A DNA stretch of 64,000 nt. It comes from a virus. The notes under the pieces are model-generated. The model did no database searches. It saw nothing but the letters and a program-made list of their open reading frames with translations, and had not been told where the DNA came from. The stretch spans positions 82,269 to 146,268 of the IMG/VR virus record IMGVR_UViG_3300036831_000148, one strand, 5' to 3'. Each line of letters begins with the position of its first letter. The stretch's first letter is position 1. Below are positions 9,079 through 18,614 of the stretch, piece after piece. A program made the position numbers and the translations under genes.

Positions 9079-9600
9079 TCAGAACGCCCGGCTCATGATC
9101 TTCTTGCACTTCTCCAGCCACAGGGTGCACTGCTCCTCCGTGCGTACCAGGCGCAGCAGGCCAAGCAGGAACGCCAGCCGGCGGGAAACCTGGTCGTCGT
9201 ACTGCCGGGTAGCCCAGTCCGGGCAGTTGGCCGCGCACCAGGTGCGCAGCGCGGCGGCCAGGTCGTCAAGCGCGGGCTCGGGCTCGCGGGCCGCCTGGTC
9301 CCACAGGTGGGCATAGCCCGGCGGCGCGTAGCCGACTTTCTTCAGCGCCCGGATGGCGGCCGACTCGCGGTCCATGTCCCAGACCTCGGCCAGCAGGGTG
9401 ACGGCGCTGAACCGCCTCCGCTCGGCGTAGCAGTACGCGTGCCCGTCGTAGACGCGCATCGCCCCGCCCTCGCCGCAGGCCGGGCACCGGGCACGCAGCC
9501 CGCGGTCGCGCGAGTCAGCGCCCAGCCCGGCCCACTGCGCGGCCCGGGAGAAGGGCACCCGCTCGTTGGCGATGGCGGCCAGTGGCCGCGGGCCGCCCAC
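9079..9600 (-). CDS. stand-alone primase-type Zn-finger domain protein
   Basis: CPACGEGGAMRVYDGHAYCY...LLAEVWDMDRESAAIRAL resembles the DnaG CHC2 Zn-binding domain; directly after dnaB. Confidence 0.6.
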   Translation of the reverse strand: MGGPRPLAAIANERVPFSRAAQWAGLGADSRDRGLRARCPACGEGGAMRVYDGHAYCYAERRRFSAVTLLAEVWDMDRESAAIRALKKVGYAPPGYAHLWDQAAREPEPALDDLAAALRTWCAANCPDWATRQYDDQVSRRLAFLLGLLRLVRTEEQCTLWLEKCKKIMSRAF

Positions 9601-9601
9601 G

Positions 9602-11047
9602 CTATCCGTCCAGGCCGAGGTAGTCCCCGCCCGCCTCGTCCCGGTCAGTGAAGCAACTGGTGGCGAAGTCGGCGGTCAGCGGGAACCGCTTGCCGCGCGG
9701 CCCGTCGCGGTTCTTCAGCACCGTCACCTCCAGGGGGGTGCGGCGCCCGAAAGAGCGGTCCTCGTCGGCATTGGACAGCGCCAGCACCACGCCCGGCGTC
9801 CGGCTGGCCTCGTCGGTGGCCGACAGGTCGTCCAGGGAGAAGCCGCCGCTCACCTTCATCTGCTTGCGTCCCTCCCGGCTGGACTGCCACGGGGTGATGA
9901 GGGGGACGCCGCGCCCGTCCATGAACGTCTGCGCCCAGCGGTGGGCCGCCTTGATGATCCCGGCGAGCGTCTCGTACTCGCGCGCGTCGCGCCCGGCCCG
10001 CTCCGGGCTGAACAACTGCAGGTAATCGACGACGACCAGGTCCGGCGGCACCGACCGGGCGATGGCGGCGGCGCGCGCGGCCATCACCGACACCGTGCAC
10101 CGCTGCGGCATCTGCACCACGTTGAGCTGCCCGTAAGGGCCGTTCTTCAGGTCGGCGAGCACGGCGACCAGGGCGCTCTCCTCGCCCTCGGTGAGCCGCC
10201 CGCCGCGGATGGCGGCGCTGTTGATGCCCTCGGGCAGGCCGAACTTCGGCAGCCTGGAGTGCCGGGCGGCGATCTTCACGCGCAGCGCGGAGCGGAGCTG
10301 CTCGGTGGTGAACACCAGGACGTTGCGGCCTTCCATCACCGCGTTATGCCAGGCGGTCTGCACGCACAGGGACGACTTGCCCGCCGTGGTGCCGGCCATG
10401 ACCACGGCCATCTCCCCGTCGCCCAGCCCGCCGTCCAGGTAGTCGTCCAGGGACTTGAGGCCGAACTGGATGCCGGGGACCTTGCCGGACACCCGCAGTT
10501 GCTTAGCCGCCACGTAGGCGGCCAGGATGTCGTCGCCCTCGCCGGTGACGTTGCCGCCGGGGCTGTCGGAGGCGCCGCCGGCCCGCTCGGCGTCGGCGAA
10601 GGACGCCAGCACGTACTCGCGCGCGTCGGCGTGCCCGGACAGCACCCGGCCGTCGTCCAGCCGGACCTCGTCGCGCATGATCTGCATCCCGGTAGCCAGC
10701 GCGTCCCCGGTCGCCCGGTCGGCGGCCAGGTCGCGGAGCTGGTCAACCGAGTGCCTGAACTCGTGCGGCTCAGGAGCCAGCGCGGCCATGGCGTCGTACG
10801 CCTCCCCGTACATCAGGGAGGTCCCCGGCCGCTTGCCGCGCAGCAGGTCGCTGAGCGCCTTGCGGCTCATGATCCCGCCGTACTGGTCCATGTACCAGAC
10901 AAGCAGCAGGAACAGCTTGCGCTGCACCGGGTCGGTGAAGTGCTCCTCCTCCAGGCGGGCTGACGCGTACTCCAGGGCCTTCACCGACCCGGTGCCCGCC
11001 ACCACGGCGGACAGGACGGTCCTCGCGTGCGCTACCGCGTCGGCCAT
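9602..11047 (-). CDS. dnaB: DnaB-like replicative helicase
   Basis: Walker A AGTTAGKS, FTTE, VVVDYLQL, VLKNRDGP; DnaB-type N-terminal domain. Confidence 0.93.
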   Translation of the reverse strand: MADAVAHARTVLSAVVAGTGSVKALEYASARLEEEHFTDPVQRKLFLLLVWYMDQYGGIMSRKALSDLLRGKRPGTSLMYGEAYDAMAALAPEPHEFRHSVDQLRDLAADRATGDALATGMQIMRDEVRLDDGRVLSGHADAREYVLASFADAERAGGASDSPGGNVTGEGDDILAAYVAAKQLRVSGKVPGIQFGLKSLDDYLDGGLGDGEMAVVMAGTTAGKSSLCVQTAWHNAVMEGRNVLVFTTEQLRSALRVKIAARHSRLPKFGLPEGINSAAIRGGRLTEGEESALVAVLADLKNGPYGQLNVVQMPQRCTVSVMAARAAAIARSVPPDLVVVDYLQLFSPERAGRDAREYETLAGIIKAAHRWAQTFMDGRGVPLITPWQSSREGRKQMKVSGGFSLDDLSATDEASRTPGVVLALSNADEDRSFGRRTPLEVTVLKNRDGPRGKRFPLTADFATSCFTDRDEAGGDYLGLDG

Positions 11048-12552
11048 CAGGCAGCCTCGTCCCGCTCGGCTGCCAGGCGGCTGAGGATGACGTGCATGCC
11101 GTAGAGCGCCTGCTGAGGGACCACCCCGTTGCCGAGCAGCTTCAGCTTCGCGCTGCGCGACAGGCGGGGCACGCCGGTGACGTGCCCCTCGGGCAGGCCC
11201 ATCATCCACTCCACGAACACCGGGGACAGGGTGCGGTTCCCGCTGCGGCCGACGGCCAGCGGGTACGGGGCCGCGCGGCCGAACACCCGCTGCCAGCGCC
11301 GCACCGCCGCCGCGTACTTCCCCCAGTCAACCTCCGGCTCGGCGGCGACCGAGATCGCCAGGCCGGGCAGCAGGAGCTCGCCGCCGCGCTCGCCGCCCCG
11401 GCTGTGGTGCCCGCCGACGCCGTCGGAGGCTGAGGGCGAGGGCAGCAGGTCGTCCACCACCCCGTCCAGCAGCGGCCCGGTCAGGCTCTCCCTGCGCCGG
11501 TGGGTGGCGTTCGGGGTGGGCAGCAGGTCTTCTTCCGGCAGGTTCTCCACCTCGTCGGCCAGGGTCGGCCCGTGCCCGCCGGCCCGGCGCTTGTCCGGGT
11601 GCTGGCTGCCGCCGTTCACCGCCAACTGGGCGGTGGGCGTCTTCAGCAGGGAGATCGCCTCCACCAGGGTCCCGCCTTCGCGGCCCTTGGCGTCAGTGAC
11701 CAGCCCGGCGTTACTGCCGAGGGTGGCCGACGGGGTGGGCAGCAGGCCAGCGACCGCGGCGGGCAGGTCATTGTCGCCCTCGGTGCGCTCGCGGCCGGAC
11801 GGGCGCGGCTCCCGGTCCCCGGGGTTCCCGTCGCCCTTGAAGTCGGTGGCGCCCGGAGTGGGCAGCAGCGCGCCCAGCAGGGTCGGGTTGCCGCGCACGT
11901 ACACGGTGCTGGCCCGGTCCCCGTCGGCGGCCACCGGCGTCGGCAGCAGGCCGGCGACCGCCGGGCCCAGGTCGTCGCCGTGCCTGCCGTTCAGGGTGGA
12001 CGGCGACGGGGCCGTGGTAGAGCTGCCGCCGCTCACCCGCGGGGTGGGCAGCAGTTCACGGGGAACCTGGCCGCTGGCGAGCTCCAGCGCCTGCTCCAGG
12101 CCGAGGCCGCTAGCCGCGCCGCGGGGGGTGCGTCCGTAGCGCTCGGCGTTGGCCCCGGTCAGCGCGGCGCGCGAGTTCCGGTTGCCGCCTCCGACCCGCG
12201 GCGTGGGCAGCAGCCCGTCTTCAGCGTCCTGCAGTGTCTGCGCGACCACGGCGAGACTGGAGATGGTGTAGCGCGGCCCGCCCGGCAGGGCGGCGCGCAT
12301 CGCCAGGTGCCCTTCCGGGCTCTTGCCGTCGTCATGCGCGCACGGCGTGGGCGGCAACTGGCCAGGCGAGGATGAAGACCCGCTCCCGCCGGTGGCACCC
12401 GCCGATGTCGGCTGCGGAAACAACTTGCCACTCCGCATCGAACCCGAGGTCGGAAAGGTCGCCGAGAACGGCACCAAGTGCCCGCAGAGGCCGAGCTGTG
12501 GAGTCTCCCACACACACCTCGCAGGGTTCCACACCGCTATGAGCCCTAGCAC
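11047..12552 (-). CDS. C5 DNA methyltransferase C-terminal chain (repetitive variable region + motifs IX/X)
   Basis: LSPVFVEWMMGLPEGHV...KLLGNGVVPQQA; nine LLPTP-type repeats; begins inside the N-terminal gene in another frame; start uncertain. Confidence 0.8.
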   Translation of the reverse strand: MLGLIAVWNPARCVWETPQLGLCGHLVPFSATFPTSGSMRSGKLFPQPTSAGATGGSGSSSSPGQLPPTPCAHDDGKSPEGHLAMRAALPGGPRYTISSLAVVAQTLQDAEDGLLPTPRVGGGNRNSRAALTGANAERYGRTPRGAASGLGLEQALELASGQVPRELLPTPRVSGGSSTTAPSPSTLNGRHGDDLGPAVAGLLPTPVAADGDRASTVYVRGNPTLLGALLPTPGATDFKGDGNPGDREPRPSGRERTEGDNDLPAAVAGLLPTPSATLGSNAGLVTDAKGREGGTLVEAISLLKTPTAQLAVNGGSQHPDKRRAGGHGPTLADEVENLPEEDLLPTPNATHRRRESLTGPLLDGVVDDLLPSPSASDGVGGHHSRGGERGGELLLPGLAISVAAEPEVDWGKYAAAVRRWQRVFGRAAPYPLAVGRSGNRTLSPVFVEWMMGLPEGHVTGVPRLSRSAKLKLLGNGVVPQQALYGMHVILSRLAAERDEAA

Positions 12553-12907
12553 TGAACAGACCCCTCACGTTCTCGATCACGACCAGGTCAGGATGCAGGA
12601 TGCCGATCGCCCTGGCCATGTGGTACCAGGCGCCGCTGCGGTTGCCCGGAAGCAGCCCGCCGCGCATCCCGGACACTGATACGTCCTGGCAGGGAAACCC
12701 GCCCGCCAGGATGCTGACCGGCGGGACCTGCGTCCAGTCCACCTTGCCGATGTCTCCCAGGTTGGGCACGCCCGGGTAGCGGGCGGCGAGCACGGCGGAG
12801 GCGTCCGGGTCGTTGTCGGCGACCCAGGCGACCTCGGCGCCGAACATCGCGCAGACCGCCGCGTCCAGGCCGCCGTAGCCGCTGCAGACGCTGCCAACGG
12901 TGGTCAC
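12332..12907 (-). CDS. C5 DNA cytosine methyltransferase N-terminal catalytic chain (motifs I-VIII)
   Basis: GSVCSGYGGLD, GGFPCQD, IENVRG, HRRERVFI. Confidence 0.92.
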   Translation of the reverse strand: MTTVGSVCSGYGGLDAAVCAMFGAEVAWVADNDPDASAVLAARYPGVPNLGDIGKVDWTQVPPVSILAGGFPCQDVSVSGMRGGLLPGNRSGAWYHMARAIGILHPDLVVIENVRGLFSARAHSGVEPCEVCVGDSTARPLRALGAVLGDLSDLGFDAEWQVVSAADIGGCHRRERVFILAWPVAAHAVRA

Positions 12908-12910
12908 CGG

Positions 12911-13447
12911 CTACTCCGGCAGGCGGAAGGCCCGGACGCGCGAGCCGGGGGAAAACGGGACCTGGTTGCCGGCCACGCCGGTAAGGATGACTCTCATGCC
13001 CGTTGCTACGTCCGGGACGCCGGCGACCGCCTCGCGGGCGGTCACCGTCTCCGGGGGGCAGGCCACCCGGCCGACGTCCACCACCATGTCGCCCGGCCTC
13101 ACGGCCTCTACCGGGCAGGTGGTCCAGGACCGCCCGTGGTGATCGATCGAGATGCGCGGGCGGCGGAACGGCGGCGGAATCACCCTGCGCGTGGCGGGCA
13201 TGCTCGGCAGGCTGTCTCCGCTGAACGTGGTCCGCCGGGCCGCCTCCGCCTTGCTGATGGGCACCAGGTCCTCGGCGTGCAGCGGCTGCGCGGCAACTGC
13301 GGTCTGCCGGTCCACCTGCTCCAGGGCCGCGTCCGACATGAACGCCTCCACCGGGGGCACGTCTTTCAGCTTCCCCTCCCGGTAGGCGTCTACGTCACGC
13401 CCGAGGCTGTCGGGTATCTCCAGCATGTGCGCCGGCCTGTCCGCCAT
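12911..13447 (-). CDS. hypothetical protein
   Basis: GGGAGG RBS before ATG at 13447; C-terminal beta-rich VRPGDMVV domain. Confidence 0.65.
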   Translation of the reverse strand: MADRPAHMLEIPDSLGRDVDAYREGKLKDVPPVEAFMSDAALEQVDRQTAVAAQPLHAEDLVPISKAEAARRTTFSGDSLPSMPATRRVIPPPFRRPRISIDHHGRSWTTCPVEAVRPGDMVVDVGRVACPPETVTAREAVAGVPDVATGMRVILTGVAGNQVPFSPGSRVRAFRLPE

Positions 13448-13811
13448 GAACCCTCCCGTGGTCGGGTCCACGATCGGTGGCGACGACGCAGCGGCCCCGC
13501 GCGGTGCGGACGACCAGCCCGCACCCGGAGCACACCCCTTTCTTCCAAATCCATGCGAACTGGCCGGCCGGCGAGACGAACTTACCGCCGGACGCCGGCT
13601 CCACGCGGACCTCCGGGCTGGGCTCGTACACCTCGCGCAGCGAGATCCCTACCGAGGCCCCGCCCGCGGCCCGGCACTCGTGCCGGACCACCCGCCAGAA
13701 CGGCAGCGCCAGCATGCCGGGCGGGTCCTGCTCGTTGAGCGCGTCCAGCGCCGCCTGCCGGGCGCCGCGGTACTGGCGCCCGGCCTGCCGCTCAGCAGGA
13801 GACAGCGGCAT
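13395..13811 (-). CDS. hypothetical protein
   Basis: 138-aa ORF with CSGC; coupled start. Confidence 0.55.
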   Translation of the reverse strand: MPLSPAERQAGRQYRGARQAALDALNEQDPPGMLALPFWRVVRHECRAAGGASVGISLREVYEPSPEVRVEPASGGKFVSPAGQFAWIWKKGVCSGCGLVVRTARGRCVVATDRGPDHGRVHGGQAGAHAGDTRQPRA

Positions 13812-14101
13812 CAGTTGAGGTAATCCCCGCTGCGCGGCTGCGGCCAGGTTGCGGCAAGCTGGTCAAACGGCCCCTCGTCCTCGCTGTCCGTCTCCCCGGA
13901 CAGCACCACCACCTGGGCGTCCGCGCCGGCCCCGTCCTCACAGTGCGGAGCGATCTCGGCCGCGACGTACTCCTCAGCCCCCGCCCGGTCCAGCCAGACC
14001 AGCGGCGAGCCGGGCCCGCCCTCGCTGTACCGGGTGGCCAGTTCGTACTTCAGCGGGCTAGCGTCAACCAGCACCTCTACCGCGTACAGGGTGTACCTCA
14101 T
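13811..14101 (-). CDS. hypothetical protein
   Basis: 96-aa acidic ORF overlapping the sigma stop. Confidence 0.65.
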   Translation of the reverse strand: MRYTLYAVEVLVDASPLKYELATRYSEGGPGSPLVWLDRAGAEEYVAAEIAPHCEDGAGADAQVVVLSGETDSEDEGPFDQLAATWPQPRSGDYLN

Positions 14102-14790
14102 GCGACCGCCTTCATCATCGCGCCGTGAATCTCCAGGATCGCCTCCCGGTGCAGCCGGGAGGCCTCGTCCTCTGTTACGCCCGCGAGGGCCGCCGCCTCC
14201 GGAAAGGGCAGGCCGTGGTAATAGCGGAGCGCCAGGATCACCCGGGACCGCTCCGGCAGCCGGGTCACCGTGCCCGACAGGGCCAGCAGCACCTCGCCGA
14301 CCACCGCCTGGCCCTCCACGTCGTCCTCGCCCGCCACGTCGTGCGGCTCGGCGTCAATCGACACCGGCCGCGCGGCCACCGCCGCGTTGGTCTCGCGCAC
14401 CTCGGCCAGCGTCATCCCGGTCGCCCTCGCCAGCTCGGCGTCAGACAGGCCGCGGTCCTGGCCGGCGTCCCGCAGCGCCTTCGCCCGGGTCCGGGCGCTG
14501 CGGGTTACCCAGTCCTGGGCGCGCAGGTGGTCCAGCATCGCGCCGCGCATCCGGCGCAGCGCGTACGCCCGGAAGTACTCGAACCGGGCCGGGTCGTGCC
14601 CTTTCTGCGCGCAGTACACCGGCCAGCGCGCGGCGGCGGCCGCCAGGCCGGACAGCGCCAGCGACTCCAGCTCGTCTATCTCCAGGGCGTGCGGCGCGCG
14701 CTGCCACACCCGGTACGCCTCCGGGCGGGCGGACGGCACGATCTCGGCGGTGAGCTCGGCGACCCGCGCCCGGACAGCAGCGTCATCCAT
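14098..14790 (-). CDS. WhiG/FliA (sigma-28)-like RNA polymerase sigma factor
   Basis: FRAYALRRMRGAMLDHLRAQDWVTRSAR (FliA/WhiG region 2.4 signature) and region 4 LPERSRVILALRYYHGLPFPEAAALAGVT. Confidence 0.88.
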   Translation of the reverse strand: MDDAAVRARVAELTAEIVPSARPEAYRVWQRAPHALEIDELESLALSGLAAAAARWPVYCAQKGHDPARFEYFRAYALRRMRGAMLDHLRAQDWVTRSARTRAKALRDAGQDRGLSDAELARATGMTLAEVRETNAAVAARPVSIDAEPHDVAGEDDVEGQAVVGEVLLALSGTVTRLPERSRVILALRYYHGLPFPEAAALAGVTEDEASRLHREAILEIHGAMMKAVA

Positions 14791-14947
14791 TGTCCTGCTC
14801 GACTTCCCGCCGGGCGGGGGCGATGACGGTGCCGATTTCGGCGCGGGGGATGCCGCAGTGGTCGGCGAGCTGCTCGTCTGTCCAGTCCCGGTGAACCCGG
14901 AGCGCCTTCTTGGCAGCCAGGAACCACTCAACTCGTGTAGAGGCCAT
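14783..14947 (-). CDS. small HTH-like protein
   Basis: WTDEQLADHCGIP; start uncertain. Confidence 0.5.
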   Translation of the reverse strand: MASTRVEWFLAAKKALRVHRDWTDEQLADHCGIPRAEIGTVIAPARREVEQDNG

Positions 14948-15063
14948 GCCGCGCGAATCGTCACGCACCACCAGACGCGGTAACAGCCCGGCGGTGACGG
15001 TCACAATCAGGGAACGGCCAGGCTATCCCTCACGCGAGGGAAAGACCGTCTCAGGCGCTACGG

Positions 15064-15807
15064 TCAGGCCCAGTACGTGTAGAGCACCGGGCGGAGCTGG
15101 CGCCACACCCCGGCGTGCGTGAACAGGCCCAGGTACTCGGCCACGTCACGGACCTCCAGGGGTACCCGCTGCACGACGCGGGCCTGCGCCTCGGCGTACG
15201 TCTTGTACGGGGTGAACAGGGGCGCGGCCTTGGTCAGCACCCGCTCGGCTTCCTCCGGGTCCGCCCCCTGGTCGGCCAGGCCGTTGCGCAGCCGGGCCCA
15301 CTGCACCGCCTGGTGCGGCAGGTTTTCCCCGGTCTCGGCGTCCATGTACACGCCGTTGTACGGGTGGATGCCGTTGCGCAGCGGCAGCACCCAGGCCCTG
15401 TCGCCCATCAAGGTACCGGTCATGTTGGTCTCGGCCGCGTAGTCGATGGAGTCGTCCGTGCGCGACCAGTCGGGCAGGGTGAACGGCCGGATGACCAGCA
15501 CCGTGGGCAGTCCGCCCTCGGTGTCGTAGGTCACCGACTCCCAGACTCCCTTGCCGCCGAGCCGGCCCAGGGTCGCGGGGTCGCGCAGCATCGCGTGGTC
15601 CAGCGAGAACCACTGCTCAAGGCCGGGCAGGCGCCGGTCGGCGACCCTCTTGGCCAGCCAGGGCAGGTACTCGCGGCCGGTGCGCCCGTCGTGCCCGAAC
15701 GGCTCGGCCTCCCAGTTGACGCGCGGGTCCGCGTGCCCCCAGCCGTCCTTGCCGGGCAGCAGGTCGGTGAGCGCCCAGCCAATTACCTTGTGCAGTCGGA
15801 GTCCCAT
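15064..15807 (-). CDS. hypothetical protein
   Basis: 247-aa ORF just downstream of the palindrome-promoter at 15827; probably leaderless. Confidence 0.8.
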   Translation of the reverse strand: MGLRLHKVIGWALTDLLPGKDGWGHADPRVNWEAEPFGHDGRTGREYLPWLAKRVADRRLPGLEQWFSLDHAMLRDPATLGRLGGKGVWESVTYDTEGGLPTVLVIRPFTLPDWSRTDDSIDYAAETNMTGTLMGDRAWVLPLRNGIHPYNGVYMDAETGENLPHQAVQWARLRNGLADQGADPEEAERVLTKAAPLFTPYKTYAEAQARVVQRVPLEVRDVAEYLGLFTHAGVWRQLRPVLYTYWA

Positions 15808-15837
15808 GAGGGCATCCTAGCATCCTCTTGACCAGAG

Positions 15838-17538
15838 TCAAGCGGCGATGCGCCCGTACGCCAGCATCCGCACCTGCTGCGCCGGGGACACCCCGGCGGT
15901 GAACAGCGCCTGCTCCTCGTCCCACACCGCCGCCGAGATCCCGGCCTCGCGGCGCAGCAGCGGCAGGTAGGCGTCCTCCTGGGTGCCGCGGGCCAGCGCG
16001 TGCAGGATGTAGACGGTCGGGAACGGGCTGCCCTGGCGGGCGACCCGGCCGATGAGCTGCTCCATCCGGGCCGGGTTCAAGATGGTGTCCACCGCCAGCA
16101 GGTAGCGCGCCGCCTGCAGGTTGAGCGAGGCCTCGATCGTGGTGGTGCCCACCAGCACCCGGCAACTGGGGTCGTAGCGGAACCGGTCCAGCCGGCGCGC
16201 CCGCTCTTTCTTGTCGGTCTCCGCCGACCACATGAGCGTGCCGCCGATGCCCGCCGCCTTCAGCCGGGCCGCCAGGGCGGCCACGTTCGGCTTGAAGTAG
16301 ACGAAGATGACCGCCTTCTCACCGGACAGGTCGCCGGTGAGCAGGTTCATCACCCAGTCCAGCTTCACCGACACGTCCGCGCCCGGTCCCTCGTCCACCG
16401 CCGCCAGGCCCGAGCAGATCTGCGAGCCGAGGGTGAACGCGGCGCCCGCCGCGGCCCGGCCGACCTCCTCGCCCTGCTTGAGCAGCCGGCGCACGGTGCC
16501 TGCCCGCAGCTCGTCGTACCGCTTGCGCTGGGCGGGCAGCAGGTCCATGAACACCGGGCTGTACTGGATGGCAGGCATGGTCACGTCGCCGCCCAGGTCC
16601 TCCGCCCGGCGGCGCAGCACCAGCGGCCGGATGGCGTCGCGGAACTCCCTCAGCAGCCGCGGGTCGGAGGTGATGCCGGAGTCCACCTGGACGACCTTGG
16701 ACACCCGGGTCCGGCCGGTCTTGTCCCAGGGCGCGGCGGCGACGATCTCCTTGCGCGTCTGGGTGACGTAGCGCGAGCGAACCCGCTCCAGGGAGCCGAG
16801 CCGGTCCCGGCCGCCGACCGGCTGCAGGAAGCCCCAGAGCTCAGTCAGCCGCTTCTGGACCGGGGTGGCGTGCAGCCCGATCACCCGCGAGCACTGGCCG
16901 GCGAGCCGGTTGACCGCGTAGGAGGCCTCGGTCTCCGGGTTGCGCAGCGGGTCGATGTCGTCGTACACCAGGATGCCGACCGGGAACTGCAGCAGTTCCT
17001 CCACGTCGCCCTCGCGCCGCCTCTTGCCCTTGCCCGCGCCGGACAGGGTGCGGTCGGAGATGACCGCGACCTCCCAGTTGCTCATGTAGCCGCGGGTGCG
17101 CTGGGCGGGCGTGCCGTCGGCCACGTAGACGTTCACCCCGCGCAGCAGGCGGCGCAGCTCGCCCGCCCACGGGTCGTGCACCGCCGGGGCCCGGCAGACG
17201 ATCACCGCCCGGTTGCCCAGGCCGAGCTCCCCGTGCTCCTTGCACATGGCCAGCACCGAGATCACCTGGGCGGTCTTGCCCGAGCCGGTCGCGTCCGACA
17301 GCAGGCCGGGCGGTCCCATGTACATCCACGCGGCGCCCACCCGCTGGTGGCGGCGCAGCACGATGCCGCAGTCGCGGCACAGCACCGGGCTCACCAGGTC
17401 CGGCGCGTGCCGCCGGCAGGGGCCGGAGTTGAAGTACTTCAGGTCCGGCCAGTCCAGGATGTCGGGCAGGGCGCGGATCTGGTCAGCCACCCGGCGTCGG
17501 GCGGCACGGCTCATGAGGGCAGCATCGGGAAGGGCCAC
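15838..17538 (-). CDS. SNF2-family helicase
   Basis: LRRHQ, DATGSGKT, variant Walker B VYDDID, ATPVQKRLTELW, SLNLQAA, NPARMEQLIGRVARQG. Confidence 0.9.
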   Translation of the reverse strand: MALPDAALMSRAARRRVADQIRALPDILDWPDLKYFNSGPCRRHAPDLVSPVLCRDCGIVLRRHQRVGAAWMYMGPPGLLSDATGSGKTAQVISVLAMCKEHGELGLGNRAVIVCRAPAVHDPWAGELRRLLRGVNVYVADGTPAQRTRGYMSNWEVAVISDRTLSGAGKGKRRREGDVEELLQFPVGILVYDDIDPLRNPETEASYAVNRLAGQCSRVIGLHATPVQKRLTELWGFLQPVGGRDRLGSLERVRSRYVTQTRKEIVAAAPWDKTGRTRVSKVVQVDSGITSDPRLLREFRDAIRPLVLRRRAEDLGGDVTMPAIQYSPVFMDLLPAQRKRYDELRAGTVRRLLKQGEEVGRAAAGAAFTLGSQICSGLAAVDEGPGADVSVKLDWVMNLLTGDLSGEKAVIFVYFKPNVAALAARLKAAGIGGTLMWSAETDKKERARRLDRFRYDPSCRVLVGTTTIEASLNLQAARYLLAVDTILNPARMEQLIGRVARQGSPFPTVYILHALARGTQEDAYLPLLRREAGISAAVWDEEQALFTAGVSPAQQVRMLAYGRIAA

Positions 17539-17546
17539 CCCCGTTA

Positions 17547-17864
17547 CTACGCCCGCCCGCGCGCCATGAACTCCCGGTGCAGCCGCTCGATCAGGTCCCG
17601 GTGCGGGCGCGCCCCGCGCAGGTCAGGGTGGTGGTGCCGGCACAGCCTGAACGTGCCCCCGGCTGCCGGGTAGCGGCCGTAGCGCAGGCAGCGCCACGAG
17701 TCATGGCAGGTGTGGGCCGCGTACCAGGCCAGGGCGGCCGCCAGGGCGGCCGACAGGAACGAGCCGGAAACCCCGCTCCAGAAGTCGTAGGGCACCCACC
17801 TGCCGTACGGGGCGCCGTAGTCGGCCCCAAAGAAGTGCACCAGCCAGTGCCAGAGGATCAACAC
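17547..17864 (-). CDS. small membrane protein
   Basis: Hydrophobic segment followed by CH...C...CxxHHP. Confidence 0.65.
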   Translation of the reverse strand: MLILWHWLVHFFGADYGAPYGRWVPYDFWSGVSGSFLSAALAAALAWYAAHTCHDSWRCLRYGRYPAAGGTFRLCRHHHPDLRGARPHRDLIERLHREFMARGRA

Positions 17865-17877
17865 GCCCGTGCGATCG

Positions 17878-18306
17878 TCACCCGGTGAGGAGGCCGGCGC
17901 CGATGCACAGCCCGGCCGCGGCGACGGTGATGCCGTAGGACAGCGCCCAGGCCTGCCAGCCGGGCGTCTCCCTTATCACAGCAACGACAGAGCACAGGGC
18001 GAGGGTGGCCAGGCCACTCGCAAGGAGAGCAGCGCGTCCTGACGCAACTGCGAACGGAAGCGCCACAAGGACTGATCCCGCGGTGGTGGCGAGTCCGCAA
18101 ACCGCGGCCCCGCTGACACCGTCGCCAGGATCGGACTGGTAGCGGCCCGAAGCCATGCCCGGAAACGCGGCCAGGCCCCCGGACAGCCCCGCCAGCCACA
18201 CGGCCAGGTGAGGCTGGTGCGCGATGTACAGGGCCAGGGAAAGGCCGATGCCGGTGGTGGTGCCGTCGGCGAGGCCCATGATGGCAGCTGCACGCGGAAT
18301 CCTCAC
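17878..18306 (-). CDS. VIT1/CCC1-family membrane protein (minimal)
   Basis: AAIMGLADG (VIT1 GxxDG motif), GMASGRY, five hydrophobic helices. Confidence 0.7.
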   Translation of the reverse strand: MRIPRAAAIMGLADGTTTGIGLSLALYIAHQPHLAVWLAGLSGGLAAFPGMASGRYQSDPGDGVSGAAVCGLATTAGSVLVALPFAVASGRAALLASGLATLALCSVVAVIRETPGWQAWALSYGITVAAAGLCIGAGLLTG

Positions 18307-18581
18307 ACCGAGGTCTTGAACTTGCCCTCTACCCAGGCCAGCAGCTTGGCCAGCTCGGCGTCCACGTCGGCGACCACCTCCGGGCCGTACTTCTCCGCCA
18401 GGGCGGCCATCTCGGCGCGGTAGTTCCCCAGCGTGGTCACCAGGGCGGACTCGGCTACCTTGGCGTCGGCGAGCAGCTTGCGGGCCTCGGCGAGGGCCGC
18501 GGCGTCAAGCTCGCCCGCCCTGGCCTCCGCCTCGCGGAAGACCTTCTCAGCTGCCTGCTCCAGGTCGTTGATCAGGGACAT
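18303..18581 (-). CDS. helical hypothetical protein
   Basis: GAGGAGG RBS, amphipathic 92-aa ORF. Confidence 0.75.
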   Translation of the reverse strand: MSLINDLEQAAEKVFREAEARAGELDAAALAEARKLLADAKVAESALVTTLGNYRAEMAALAEKYGPEVVADVDAELAKLLAWVEGKFKTSV

Positions 18582-18614
18582 GACGCCGCCTCCTCAGTTC
18601 AGGTGGGATATCGG

